From a virus, in IMG/VR virus record IMGVR_UViG_3300025534_000213, positions 129,576-191,473 of that record: 61,898 nt of DNA; one strand, 5' to 3'. Below, piece by piece: positions 41,423 through 49,665 of this stretch. The position numbers were made by a program, and so were the translations under genes. Every line of letters begins with the position of its first letter. Within the stretch, counting starts at the first letter, position 1. The notes under the pieces are model-generated. The model saw only the letters and a list, made by a program, of their open reading frames with translations. It was not told where the DNA came from and ran no database searches.

Positions 41423-41474
41423 GCCGAGCCCCTGTCTCAACCCATCTGGCCCACCTCCTTGAGGGCCGAAAAAC

Positions 41475-41551
41475 TGGCACGGGCTAGAGGACTCGAACCT
41501 CTGCTGCATGGATTTGGAGTCCACGCCGACTTCCCGTTATCTTACGCCCGC
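41475..41551 (-). tRNA. tRNA-Trp(CCA), weak D-arm
   Basis: GTGGA-CTCCAAA-TCCAT; T-arm AGAGG-TTCGAGT-CCTCT; GCCA. Confidence 0.85.
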
Positions 41552-41560
41552 ATAGGCAAC

Positions 41561-41590
41561 AAAAAACCCGCCGGACTTGCGTCGGGCGGG
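41561..41590 (-). terminator. attenuator terminator upstream of the tRNA array
   Basis: CCCGCC-C-GAC-GCAA-GTC-C-GGCGGG-TTTTTT on minus, ending 9 nt before tRNA-Trp. Confidence 0.85.
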
Positions 41591-41618
41591 CGGTTCAGCC
41601 TGATCTTGGATTGAGGTC

Positions 41619-41711
41619 TTACCGACCCGTCTCCTCGATCCGCGCAGCCGCCCGCATCGCCCAATAGGACGACGAGGAATAGGACCGGCTGCTGTTGCGG
41701 ATCGTGATCAT
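41619..41711 (-). CDS. putative attenuator leader peptide MITIRNSSRSYSSSSYWAMRAAARIEETGR
   Basis: ATG 5 nt after TAAATA; Ser/Arg/Tyr/Trp codon run matching downstream tRNAs; stop 28 nt before terminator. Confidence 0.8.
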   Translation of the reverse strand: MITIRNSSRSYSSSSYWAMRAAARIEETGR

Positions 41712-41716
41712 GATCA

Positions 41717-41724
41717 TATTTATA
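41717..41724 (-). promoter_or_regulatory. TATAAATA late-type promoter of the tRNA operon
   Basis: Exact T4 late consensus on minus strand. Confidence 0.75.
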
Positions 41725-41898
41725 CCGTAACCCCTTTTGCCGTGCAACAGGTTTTTGCGGTCCCGCTGCACGGGAAAATCGGGGCATACCGAATTAATTT
41801 GGTTGCCTTCTCGCAAACCGGTGGTATCAGCTAACGGTACCGAAACGAGGGCTCTGGGTATGCAATCCGCACCGTCGGCCGGGATATTCAGGTCCGGC

Positions 41899-43266
41899 AT
41901 GTCATCCAGCAAGACACTGGTCTTTGCATGGGTGGTCGAGGTGATCGCTGTGGTGATGGGACTGATTCTGGCGATCTTCGCCGGGATCGAGGGAAGTGAT
42001 GGAGGCGTGATCACCATCGCCATCGCCACCCTGCCATTCGCCGGGCTGACGGTCATCGAATTGACGAAAATCCCGTTGGTCGGCTTGGCTTTCCGGGTCA
42101 AGAGCACGTTCTGGCGCCTGCTTGCGTTCGTGGCGCTGCTGGCCGTCACGCTGGCGACCTTCGAAAATTTCGTGTTCGGGTTCGAACGGGGTTTCAACGA
42201 GCGTATCCGGTCCGTTGAGAATGCCGAACAGGCGGTGCAGGCCCGCCGCAATGCGCAGGAGGTCGCGCAGACGCGCATCCCGCAATTGACGGCACGTCAG
42301 GACGAAATCACCGCCCGGCTGGCCGCGCTGCGCGAGGAGGTTGCTGGCATCCGCGAGCAGGCGCAGCAGGATATCACCGATGCCCGGAACAGCACCGGGA
42401 CCGCCGATTACCGGGCCGAGCGGGAACGCTTGGAGAAGGAGTTAGTGTCCATCGATCAGCAGCGGGATGCGGCGGTGAACCGCGAGCGCATCCGCTGCCG
42501 CAACAACCCGGAGACCCGCTGCAATGTCTCGGCCATCGCCGGGAGTTACCAGCGGCAGCGCGATGCCGTGGCCCGGCGCATCGCCAGTCTCGTCGAGGAG
42601 CAGCGGGAACAGGAGGCGGCAGCCAACGCCGAGGTGGCGAAAGCCCGGCAGAAGCGCGATGCCGAACTGGCCGCCAAGGAGCAGGAGCGGAGCCAGTTGC
42701 AGCAGGAACTCAGCACGGTACGGGAGCAGCTTGCCAACGCCCAGAGGATCGTCTTGCAGGGCAGCGAGGCGGTTGCGCAGGCGGTCCAGAGACGCGACGA
42801 GTTGATCGAGCGGTCGCAACTGCACCGCCTCGCCAAGGTGCTGTTCGGCAACCATGACCGGACCACGCTGGAACGGACCAAACGCCTATTCGTGGTGTCT
42901 CTGGCCGCCATCGTCGCGCTGATCGGCTCCGTCATCGCCGCCATGCATTACGCCGCCCAGCAGGCCGCCGGGCCGAGCCGCCGCCTGCTGACCAATGCTA
43001 TCCGGGGCTATCTCGCGCGGCGCAGGCGGCGCCTGCCGGTCCTGCGGGACATGCGGGAGATCGCCAAGCACCGCCACGGCATCCTCCGCAACCTGCGGGG
43101 CTACCTTGCGCGGCGCAGGCGGCGCCTCCTGCCGGTCCGGGAGGTCGTGAAGGTGGTCGAGCGGGAGGTCCCGGTGGATCGCCTCAAGCTGGTGTTCCTG
43201 CCGCTCGACGCCTCGGAGGAACAGATCGCCAAGGCCCGGCGTGACGCCCGGCAGGAGGCGGCCTGA
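41899..43266 (+). CDS. membrane-anchored coiled-coil protein
   Basis: 3 N-terminal TM helices, long coiled coil, C-terminal TM, duplicated 'RGYLARRRRRL'. Confidence 0.75.
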   Translation: MSSSKTLVFAWVVEVIAVVMGLILAIFAGIEGSDGGVITIAIATLPFAGLTVIELTKIPLVGLAFRVKSTFWRLLAFVALLAVTLATFENFVFGFERGFNERIRSVENAEQAVQARRNAQEVAQTRIPQLTARQDEITARLAALREEVAGIREQAQQDITDARNSTGTADYRAERERLEKELVSIDQQRDAAVNRERIRCRNNPETRCNVSAIAGSYQRQRDAVARRIASLVEEQREQEAAANAEVAKARQKRDAELAAKEQERSQLQQELSTVREQLANAQRIVLQGSEAVAQAVQRRDELIERSQLHRLAKVLFGNHDRTTLERTKRLFVVSLAAIVALIGSVIAAMHYAAQQAAGPSRRLLTNAIRGYLARRRRRLPVLRDMREIAKHRHGILRNLRGYLARRRRRLLPVREVVKVVEREVPVDRLKLVFLPLDASEEQIAKARRDARQEAA

Positions 43267-43868
43267 TGCCCAAGCACATCGCCGAGGATTGGAGCTTCTT
43301 CAACGAGGCGGTGCGGCGCCGGGCACAGGGGATCATGGAGCCGAAGCGGGAAGCCGTGCCGCCGTCCGTCAAAGAGGCGCCGAAGCCGGTCCCGCCGTCG
43401 CCCGCGCCAGTCCGCCCTTCGGCCCCGCCGCCGAGCAGGCCGCCTGCGGAGCCGAACGGCTGGCAACCGTACATCGCCCTTCTCGCCGCGATTGCCTTCA
43501 TCATCCTGCTGCTGATGGCGATGCCGCGCAATCCGGCGCTGACGAATTCGGGCGGGGGAGGCACCGAAAAGGTCGTGACCAACTACACGATATTCCATTC
43601 CGTGGACTTCCGGAGCGGCGCGGTCATTACGGGGTGGAATTTCGAGCGGAGCGGCGATCCGGTGCCGAAGAATGAGTATTGCTACTTCAACATTCTGACT
43701 TCGTTCGGGGCTTCGGCGCGCTTCGATATCGAGAACCGGCCTATCGGCGGCCGGGCTCCGTACCCCGGTCCGAAGGCCGTGGGCCTGAGCCCGGAGGAAT
43801 GGGACGAAGCGGCTACGAAATGCCATTGGCACCCGTCCAGCCGCCCAGCGTCGGCGGCCACAAGGTGA
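43266..43868 (+). CDS. single-pass membrane protein with Pro-rich linker
   Basis: TGATG coupling; TM helix; Cys pair in C-terminal domain. Confidence 0.7.
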   Translation: MPKHIAEDWSFFNEAVRRRAQGIMEPKREAVPPSVKEAPKPVPPSPAPVRPSAPPPSRPPAEPNGWQPYIALLAAIAFIILLLMAMPRNPALTNSGGGGTEKVVTNYTIFHSVDFRSGAVITGWNFERSGDPVPKNEYCYFNILTSFGASARFDIENRPIGGRAPYPGPKAVGLSPEEWDEAATKCHWHPSSRPASAATR

Positions 43869-43942
43869 TCTGATCCGAGGGCGATCTGGTGCGGCACGGC
43901 GGGCGTCGCTATGATGGCTGCCATCAGCACAGGGAGCGAGGA

Positions 43943-44182
43943 ATGCCCTTTCATCCCGATGACTACGAGACCGTCGAGGATTTGTTGAAGGAACTCGACC
44001 CGGTGGATGTCGCGGCCATCGAAGCGATGGCGCGCGGTGCGTATGAGATGAACCCGCCGCCCTGTGGTCCGGCTTCCTTCAAGGATGTGAACGCATCCAT
44101 GAGGGAGCGGATGCTCCAATACGCATCCATGTCGTGGATGCAGTTGCGGAACGAGGGTTTCCGGATTCAGCGCGAGCAATGA
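43943..44182 (+). CDS. hypothetical protein
   Basis: MPFHPDDY..., SD present. Confidence 0.55.
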   Translation: MPFHPDDYETVEDLLKELDPVDVAAIEAMARGAYEMNPPPCGPASFKDVNASMRERMLQYASMSWMQLRNEGFRIQREQ

Positions 44183-44189
44183 CGCCTGC

Positions 44190-44459
44190 TTAGTGCAGGC
44201 GCGGCTTGCAGGGTATCCGTACCGAGCGTGGGTCGTCGGGCCTCCCGGCAGCCGTCACCGCCACGGTGAGACCGCAGGTCTTGCAGCGGACCATGTGCCT
44301 GCCACACCCCGCCGCCGGATAGGGCAGGCGTATGAGGCACGACCGCGTGGCGCCCTTGGCACCGTCGATGTGGATGCCGTCCGGGTAACGCGGATCGGGC
44401 GGGGAGGTGGCCTTCCGGCCATCGCCGTCCCATTCGATCTCGAACTGCTTTTGAGCCAT
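44190..44459 (-). CDS. small Cys-rich (Zn-binding) protein
   Basis: 'C...LPYPA..CG....CKTCG...TAAGRPDDP..C'. Confidence 0.6.
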   Translation of the reverse strand: MAQKQFEIEWDGDGRKATSPPDPRYPDGIHIDGAKGATRSCLIRLPYPAAGCGRHMVRCKTCGLTVAVTAAGRPDDPRSVRIPCKPRLH

Positions 44460-44584
44460 CAGGATCATCCGAGGGAGGAAAGCGCGTGGCGGAAATGGTC
44501 TGGGTTCGTTTGGCCCAAGCCGCGCTAGACCAGCTTCAATGAGGCCGCCACGCCGGTCGAGCATCGCTTGGTGGAACGGATTCG

Positions 44585-44797
44585 TCAAGCCTGCGGCGCG
44601 GAGGCTTTCTTGGGCTTCTTCCGGGGCTGCTTGGGCTTTGGAGGTGGCTCGGCCCACGTGACGAGTCCGGCGACCAAGGCCGTGTAGATCGCCCCGTTCA
44701 GCAGCGGGAAGCCGGGCAAATGCACCACGGCGAAGCCGATGATCCCGATGACGAAGATAGCCGTGAAATTGCGGACGAAGGCACCCAGCATGGTCAT
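44585..44797 (-). CDS. small membrane protein
   Basis: Two TM helices, basic tail. Confidence 0.5.
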   Translation of the reverse strand: MTMLGAFVRNFTAIFVIGIIGFAVVHLPGFPLLNGAIYTALVAGLVTWAEPPPKPKQPRKKPKKASAPQA

Positions 44798-44835
44798 GGG
44801 GCCATAGACGCCGCGCGGGTTGGCTTGCAAGGTCG

Positions 44836-44920
44836 TGGAGCGGTCGGCGGGGATCGAACCCGCGTGAACTATTCGCCTCAAGGTTGGAAGCCTTGCGCTC
44901 TACCGCTGAGCTACGACCGC
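44836..44920 (-). tRNA. tRNA-Gly(TCC) with long variable region
   Basis: GCG...CGC-TCCA ends; CAAGG-CTTCCAA-CCTTG; 15-nt variable region. Confidence 0.85.
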
Positions 44921-44928
44921 GCCGGGTT

Positions 44929-45003
44929 TGGCAGGGGCGGAGGGACTCGAACCCCCGTGGACGGTTTTGGAGACCGTAATCTTAGCCGCTAGATGACGCC
45001 CCT
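44929..45003 (-). tRNA. tRNA-Trp(CCA)
   Basis: AGGGGCG/CGCCCCT-GCCA; ACGGT-CTCCAAA-ACCGT; TAAATA at 45016-45021. Confidence 0.9.
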
Positions 45004-45125
45004 ACGGCGGGAGGATATTTAGCCAAGCGGAACGGAAAGCGCAACCGGAAAACGTGGTTCTAACCTGAGATAACTCGGTTAGCTCATTTCTAAATAGTCT
45101 CGTTCATGGTTCGAACGAGATTTTA

Positions 45126-45695
45126 GTGTCAGCTATTTCAGTACGCAATTGGCGGAAGAACACGAAACTCCGCATGGTCGAAGCAATGGGTGGGCGATGT
45201 GGCAACTGTGGCTACGACCGCTGCGCCGACGCTTTGGAGTTTCACCACGTAGACCCGGCCGAGAAGGATTTTACCATCGCGGGCGTCCGGGCGAGCCCCA
45301 TGGCATGGTCGAAGATTGTCGCGGAACTCCGCAAGTGCGTGATGCTCTGCGCGAACTGTCACCGGGAGGTCCACGCTGGGGTGGCGGAGATCGCTCCCGG
45401 CGCCCCTCGGTTTGACGAAGCCTTCGCCGACTACAAGGCCGCTGCGCGAGAGGCTCGCATGTGCGACTGCCCGGTCTGTGGATCACGGATGCCGCAGACG
45501 AAAAAGACGTGCTCGCCAGCCTGCTCGGCATCGGCGCGGCAGAAGGTCGATTGGTCGCAGTACGATTTGGTGGAGATGTCGAGGACCATGTCCAAGACGG
45601 AGATTGCAGCCATCATCGGTGTGTCCGATGTGGCGATCCATAAGCGGTTGAAGAAAATGGCTCCGGGTGCTGGACTCGAACCAGCGACAGCCTGA
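45126..45695 (+). CDS. HNH endonuclease with C-terminal Zn ribbon and HTH
   Basis: 'CGNCGY...LEFHH.DP..K...KC..LCANCHREVH'; TAAATA 45091-45096 then hairpin 45098-45120. Confidence 0.9.
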   Translation: MSAISVRNWRKNTKLRMVEAMGGRCGNCGYDRCADALEFHHVDPAEKDFTIAGVRASPMAWSKIVAELRKCVMLCANCHREVHAGVAEIAPGAPRFDEAFADYKAAAREARMCDCPVCGSRMPQTKKTCSPACSASARQKVDWSQYDLVEMSRTMSKTEIAAIIGVSDVAIHKRLKKMAPGAGLEPATA

Positions 45696-45817
45696 TTAAA
45701 GGGCGACCTTATGGGCTTTAAGCCCTCGGGTCGTCAGGGGGCTTGGCTTCCACCAAGCCTCCGAGGCGTTACCCGCCACGGATCAGTCAGGTGCTCTACC
45801 AACTGAGCTAACCCGGA
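45658..45817 (-). tRNA. tRNA-Asn(GTT) interrupted by 84-nt insertion (45700-45783) in the anticodon
   Basis: 5' half TCCGGGTTAGCTCAGTTGGTAGAGCACCTGACTG and 3' half TTAATCAGG...TTCGAGT...ACCCGGAGCCA join to a standard cloverleaf. Confidence 0.85.
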
Positions 45818-46029
45818 TCAGTATACCTATTTAGCAAACCACGTTTAGACGCTTCCGGGGCACCCGCACAGGAAGAGAGGAGAGTGAGACTATGGGTGCC
45901 CCGGAAGCCGGGTTTCATTGGAGTTTCAGCGAGGCGGTAGGCTAGGTGCCTCGCTGATGGGGTCTTTCTACAGGCTGGTGCCACTGGCGTCAACCGCCAA
46001 ATGCGGTTCGTACCGTGTTTTGCCGTTCG

Positions 46030-46281
46030 TCAGGCGGCCGTTTGGCCCGGCGGTTGGGTGTGGCCTGATTGCGTCTCGGCCATGCTGGTCTTGCGGGAGG
46101 AGTGGGCGGCGATCTCGGTGATGGCTCTGGCGGCGCAGTAGGGGATTACGACCCATGCCAGCGCCATCGCCGCCCCAGCGGCCTGCTGGGGCGCCCCGGT
46201 GGCGTTGCTGAGCGCGGTGAAGAAATCGACCACGGCGGCAAACGCCCCGACGAGGACGACGATCCAGACGAAGATGATCAC
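46030..46281 (-). CDS. small membrane protein
   Basis: Two TM helices; 'APQQAAGAAMALAWVVIPY'. Confidence 0.7.
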   Translation of the reverse strand: MIIFVWIVVLVGAFAAVVDFFTALSNATGAPQQAAGAAMALAWVVIPYCAARAITEIAAHSSRKTSMAETQSGHTQPPGQTAA

Positions 46282-46283
46282 GG

Positions 46284-46757
46284 TCAGGCCCCCGGCTGCC
46301 CCGGCTGCGGCGCGCTCGGGGCATAGATCACCGGCTGCGGTGCGGTAGGCGCCGGGGTGTTGGCTACCGGGGGCGTGTCCGGGGCGAGAGTCAGTTCGAC
46401 CTTGTCCGGCAGGTCGAAATTCGCGCCGCTGGCGGCGTCCACGGCCACGCCGACGAGACCGCCGATGATGATGTTCCCAAAGGTGGTACCGACGAATTTC
46501 GGCGAAACCGAGACCTGCGCGGGCTTATAGCCCTCCAATATGCAGGACACGGTAACGTCGTTCTTCGACTTGGAGACGTTAATACTGCCGGGCGTCGGGG
46601 ACACGGTGCCGAGGCGGGTGCCTTCGCGGTCCACGTTACAGGTGGCTCCCGCCGGAGTGGTATTGACCGCCATGCTCTCGCTTGTGCCCTCGAAAATGGT
46701 GGCACAGGCAGGGAGCAGGCTGGCCGCGCAGAGCGCGAGCAAGCGGGTGAGTTTCAT
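46284..46757 (-). CDS. lipoprotein (PEGA-like domain, Gly-zipper)
   Basis: Signal peptide with 'LPAC' lipobox; 'GNIIIGGLVGVAVDAASGA'. Confidence 0.8.
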   Translation of the reverse strand: MKLTRLLALCAASLLPACATIFEGTSESMAVNTTPAGATCNVDREGTRLGTVSPTPGSINVSKSKNDVTVSCILEGYKPAQVSVSPKFVGTTFGNIIIGGLVGVAVDAASGANFDLPDKVELTLAPDTPPVANTPAPTAPQPVIYAPSAPQPGQPGA

Positions 46758-46860
46758 GAACCAGTCCCTTGTTTGAGATGGCTGTGCGCTTCAAGGTGTC
46801 TCAGAAGCACAACATTTCTACCCACGCGCGCCTCGGTGATCAATCGAATTAATTCGGCCA

Positions 46861-48075
46861 TCAAACCTTCTTTGGTTCGTGCTCCATGTAGAGGGCGAGG
46901 CGATGGCAGATATCCGCCACATACTCGTCCTCGCGCTCGCACAGAATGGCGTTGAGGCCCTCCTCGACCGCCGCTTGACCAGTGGTGCCCGAACCGCCGA
47001 AAATATCGAGCACGGTGCCACCCGGAGGCGTGACAAGGCGGCAGAGATACCGCATGAGAGACAGCGGCTTCACCGTGGGATGCTTCGATCCCGCGCGATC
47101 CTCCTTGCTCGCCTTCGAACAATAGAAGAAGCGGCTGGCCGATCCTTTGTCCGCATAGCCGATTTCCGGCCGCCCCAGCATATTGAGCCTGCCTTCCATG
47201 CTGTGGGTCTGATGCGCCCTGCGGCGGGTGCCCGGCTTGCCGCTGGCCTTCTCGCCGAAGGCCGCGAATGCTGCCTCCACGGCCTCGGAATCGTCCCGGA
47301 TGACATTGGCGGGCCAGCGGCCGAGACCGCCTTCCTCGGCCTCCTCGGCGGCATCAATCGGCACCCGGCAGGCGTCGATGTTGTAGGCCCCCGTGCCATA
47401 GGCGAGGACGTTCTGGGCGATGGTGCCGATCATCGGCTTGCGGGCGATCAGGATCGGCTCCCAGCACGGCTTGAGGCCGGTCCCGAAGCCCTCATACGGC
47501 TTCCCCTCCGGCGTCCGGGCCTCGTAGGCACCGACGATATTGGAGGTCAGCTTCTCCTCCGCATAGGTGCCGCTCGGCAGGTGCTTGGATGCGGTCGGCA
47601 CCGCGCGCCCCCGGTTGCCGTGCCCCAGCGACTTGTCGATCATCAGCGCGACGTTCTTGCTCTTGGGCATTCCGCTCGACGAGACCCATGCCATTAGCGG
47701 TGCCGTGCCGCCATCATGGCAGTAGCCAATGCTGTCGCGAAGCTCGAAGCCAGCAAGGCGGATTGCCATGCTCATCAGGTCCATCGACCGCGTGCCCGCA
47801 AAGGCCAGCAGGTGCCCACCGGGCTTGAGCACGCGCAGCACCTCCCGCCAGACCTCGGGGCCGGGCACCCATGCATCCCACGACCGGCCCATGAAACCGG
47901 TTTTCTGTGGCCGGTACTCCTCGCCCCTGATCCATGCCGACAGGCATTCGATCACGTCCTGCGGTTTGTGGTCGGAGAGGCCGTAAGGCGGATCACAGAC
48001 ACAACTATCGACGGAATTGTCCGCCATGGTGGCGAGTGCTGCAAGGCAGTCGCCATGGTAAAGCTCAACAGGCAT
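46861..48075 (-). CDS. DNA methyltransferase (N6A/N4C, beta class)
   Basis: 'DPPY', 'HPTVKP', 'VLDIFGGSGTT'. Confidence 0.92.
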   Translation of the reverse strand: MPVELYHGDCLAALATMADNSVDSCVCDPPYGLSDHKPQDVIECLSAWIRGEEYRPQKTGFMGRSWDAWVPGPEVWREVLRVLKPGGHLLAFAGTRSMDLMSMAIRLAGFELRDSIGYCHDGGTAPLMAWVSSSGMPKSKNVALMIDKSLGHGNRGRAVPTASKHLPSGTYAEEKLTSNIVGAYEARTPEGKPYEGFGTGLKPCWEPILIARKPMIGTIAQNVLAYGTGAYNIDACRVPIDAAEEAEEGGLGRWPANVIRDDSEAVEAAFAAFGEKASGKPGTRRRAHQTHSMEGRLNMLGRPEIGYADKGSASRFFYCSKASKEDRAGSKHPTVKPLSLMRYLCRLVTPPGGTVLDIFGGSGTTGQAAVEEGLNAILCEREDEYVADICHRLALYMEHEPKKV

Positions 48076-48108
48076 CTGAAATGGCGTTCTGAAATACGGA
48101 TTGGATTC

Positions 48109-48708
48109 TCAAATAATCTGACTGCCGGTCGCCTTTGCAAAATTGCGCAGCATCTCGACATCGCGCCGGTCCTCGAAGATCACCGTCCATCTAGAACGGG
48201 CGTAATCGTGCTGGGGATAAAAGCGTCCATGGCTATTCCACGAGAGTTCGTGGATAATGAACTCCCCTACGGAGGTCGATTCCGAGGTTTCCGCGATGCG
48301 CAGGGTATAGAGTTCACCACGTTCGTCCCGCTCGAAACCCGGCCAGCCCTTTTCAACCAACTCCTTGCTTTCGTCGTGGTGGACTAGGCGATATTCGGGG
48401 CCGGGGAAGGGGAGGGCACGCTGATGGACGCCCGCCTCGTGATGGTAGAGGTCTTGGGTCTCAGGCGTAGGGAAAAGCGGCTCCCTTTTCCATAGAAGCG
48501 TCAACGTCGCGCCTGACGGCGGCTTACGCTTCTCCTTGCGATCCTCCGGCAGGGCGTCTCTCGGCAGCACAAGCACGGCCGAGACGAAAGGAAGCCAGTA
48601 TTGCCGTTCGTCGAGGTCCTCGCATCGCACGACGATGGGCTGGCAGCCGACCGCGTGAATGCGCGTCTGCGGCGAAATGCAGACGATTTCATACTCAGGG
48701 TTCATCAA
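48109..48708 (-). CDS. phage hypothetical protein (paralog of 48749-49297)
   Basis: Shared 'RQYWLPFV', 'LPF', 'P.FER...GE'. Confidence 0.7.
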   Translation of the reverse strand: MMNPEYEIVCISPQTRIHAVGCQPIVVRCEDLDERQYWLPFVSAVLVLPRDALPEDRKEKRKPPSGATLTLLWKREPLFPTPETQDLYHHEAGVHQRALPFPGPEYRLVHHDESKELVEKGWPGFERDERGELYTLRIAETSESTSVGEFIIHELSWNSHGRFYPQHDYARSRWTVIFEDRRDVEMLRNFAKATGSQII

Positions 48709-48748
48709 AACCGGTTTCTCAAATGCAGCGTGAGCTTAGCACAGTCTC

Positions 48749-49297
48749 TCAGGCAAATGCTACTTTCATGAGTACCGCGTCATGCCAAAGCTCAAAGTAG
48801 ACGCCGCCCGGCCGTATCGCGTAGCGGCCGAGACAGTTCTCGTGACACCACTCCCGAAGCCGGTCGCGGGTGGTGATGCTGCCGTCATGGCGCACATAGG
48901 CCACCTCGCCGTCGGCATTCCGCTCGAATGCTGGAAAATCGGCGGCGGATAGTCGCACGAAATCCCCGTTGCTGACGCTCTGCCCTTCCTTGAAGGGAAG
49001 CGTCATCTGCGGTACGTCACGCTCATACTGAAAAAGGATGCGCGTCGCCCACGGAGGCTGGATGCGTGTGCCTTTCGACCACGAGCGGTCGAGACCCTTC
49101 AATGTCGGCGCATCATGTTTCCGCGCCGGTTCGGTCGCCGTATCCTCGGTGATGATGATTGTCTGCACGAAGGGCAGCCAGTATTGGCGGGAATCATATG
49201 CTTCGCGGCGCAAGACGAGGTAGTTGCCAAGGAAGCGCGCTCTCGCCGCATCACCGATGATGATCTCCGAGGACAGTATCGAAGGCTGTTTCTGCAA
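48749..49297 (-). CDS. phage hypothetical protein
   Basis: Paralog of neighbour; ends 'EWC.ENC.G...FE...DAVL.K'. Confidence 0.7.
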   Translation of the reverse strand: MQKQPSILSSEIIIGDAARARFLGNYLVLRREAYDSRQYWLPFVQTIIITEDTATEPARKHDAPTLKGLDRSWSKGTRIQPPWATRILFQYERDVPQMTLPFKEGQSVSNGDFVRLSAADFPAFERNADGEVAYVRHDGSITTRDRLREWCHENCLGRYAIRPGGVYFELWHDAVLMKVAFA

Positions 49298-49300
49298 GGC

Positions 49301-49630
49301 TCAGAACTCGAATGGAAAAAGCTTCTTCGTGATGGCAAGCGTCGGGTTGTCCGGTACCATCAGTCGGCGCAGGATGTCGTATTGCTCGAAAAGCCGCGCC
49401 ATCCGGTCCTTCACCCGGTCGGCGTAAACACCATCGGCGTGCTGGCCCATGCATTCCGCATAGAGGATGAGGTCGTACAGGGCATCGCACAGCGCCGGGT
49501 ACTCGCGTAGTTCCGCGAGGGCCGAATCCGTGGCGAGGCGCCTGATGCGCGGGATACCGGAGTGACTCCCGTCCCGAATGCACTCGACAACCATGCGCAG
49601 GTCAGCGAGTTTGGGCAGCGGACACCACAT
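49301..49630 (-). CDS. hypothetical protein
   Basis: 109-aa ORF in operon. Confidence 0.55.
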   Translation of the reverse strand: MWCPLPKLADLRMVVECIRDGSHSGIPRIRRLATDSALAELREYPALCDALYDLILYAECMGQHADGVYADRVKDRMARLFEQYDILRRLMVPDNPTLAITKKLFPFEF

Positions 49631-49665
49631 GGCGGAACGGGGGCGGCCGAAGCCGCCCCGTCACC

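Noticed and set aside
41551-41724. T-box riboswitch as the control of the tRNA array
   Set aside because: No UGGNACC antiterminator bulge or stem I motifs seen; the leader-peptide model fits better
41712-42278. 219-aa ORF ending at 41619 as a protein gene
   Set aside because: Mostly antisense to the membrane-protein gene; only the part downstream of TATAAATA is a credible leader
45700-45783. Hammerhead or twister ribozyme, or group I intron, in the tRNA insert
   Set aside because: CUGACGA is present but no GAAA follows the next stem; twister pairings do not close; too short and wrong boundaries for group I
45658-45817. tRNA-Lys(TTT) by shifting the junction one base
   Set aside because: U1-A72 and G73 acceptor end is Asn-type; kept only as a remote alternative
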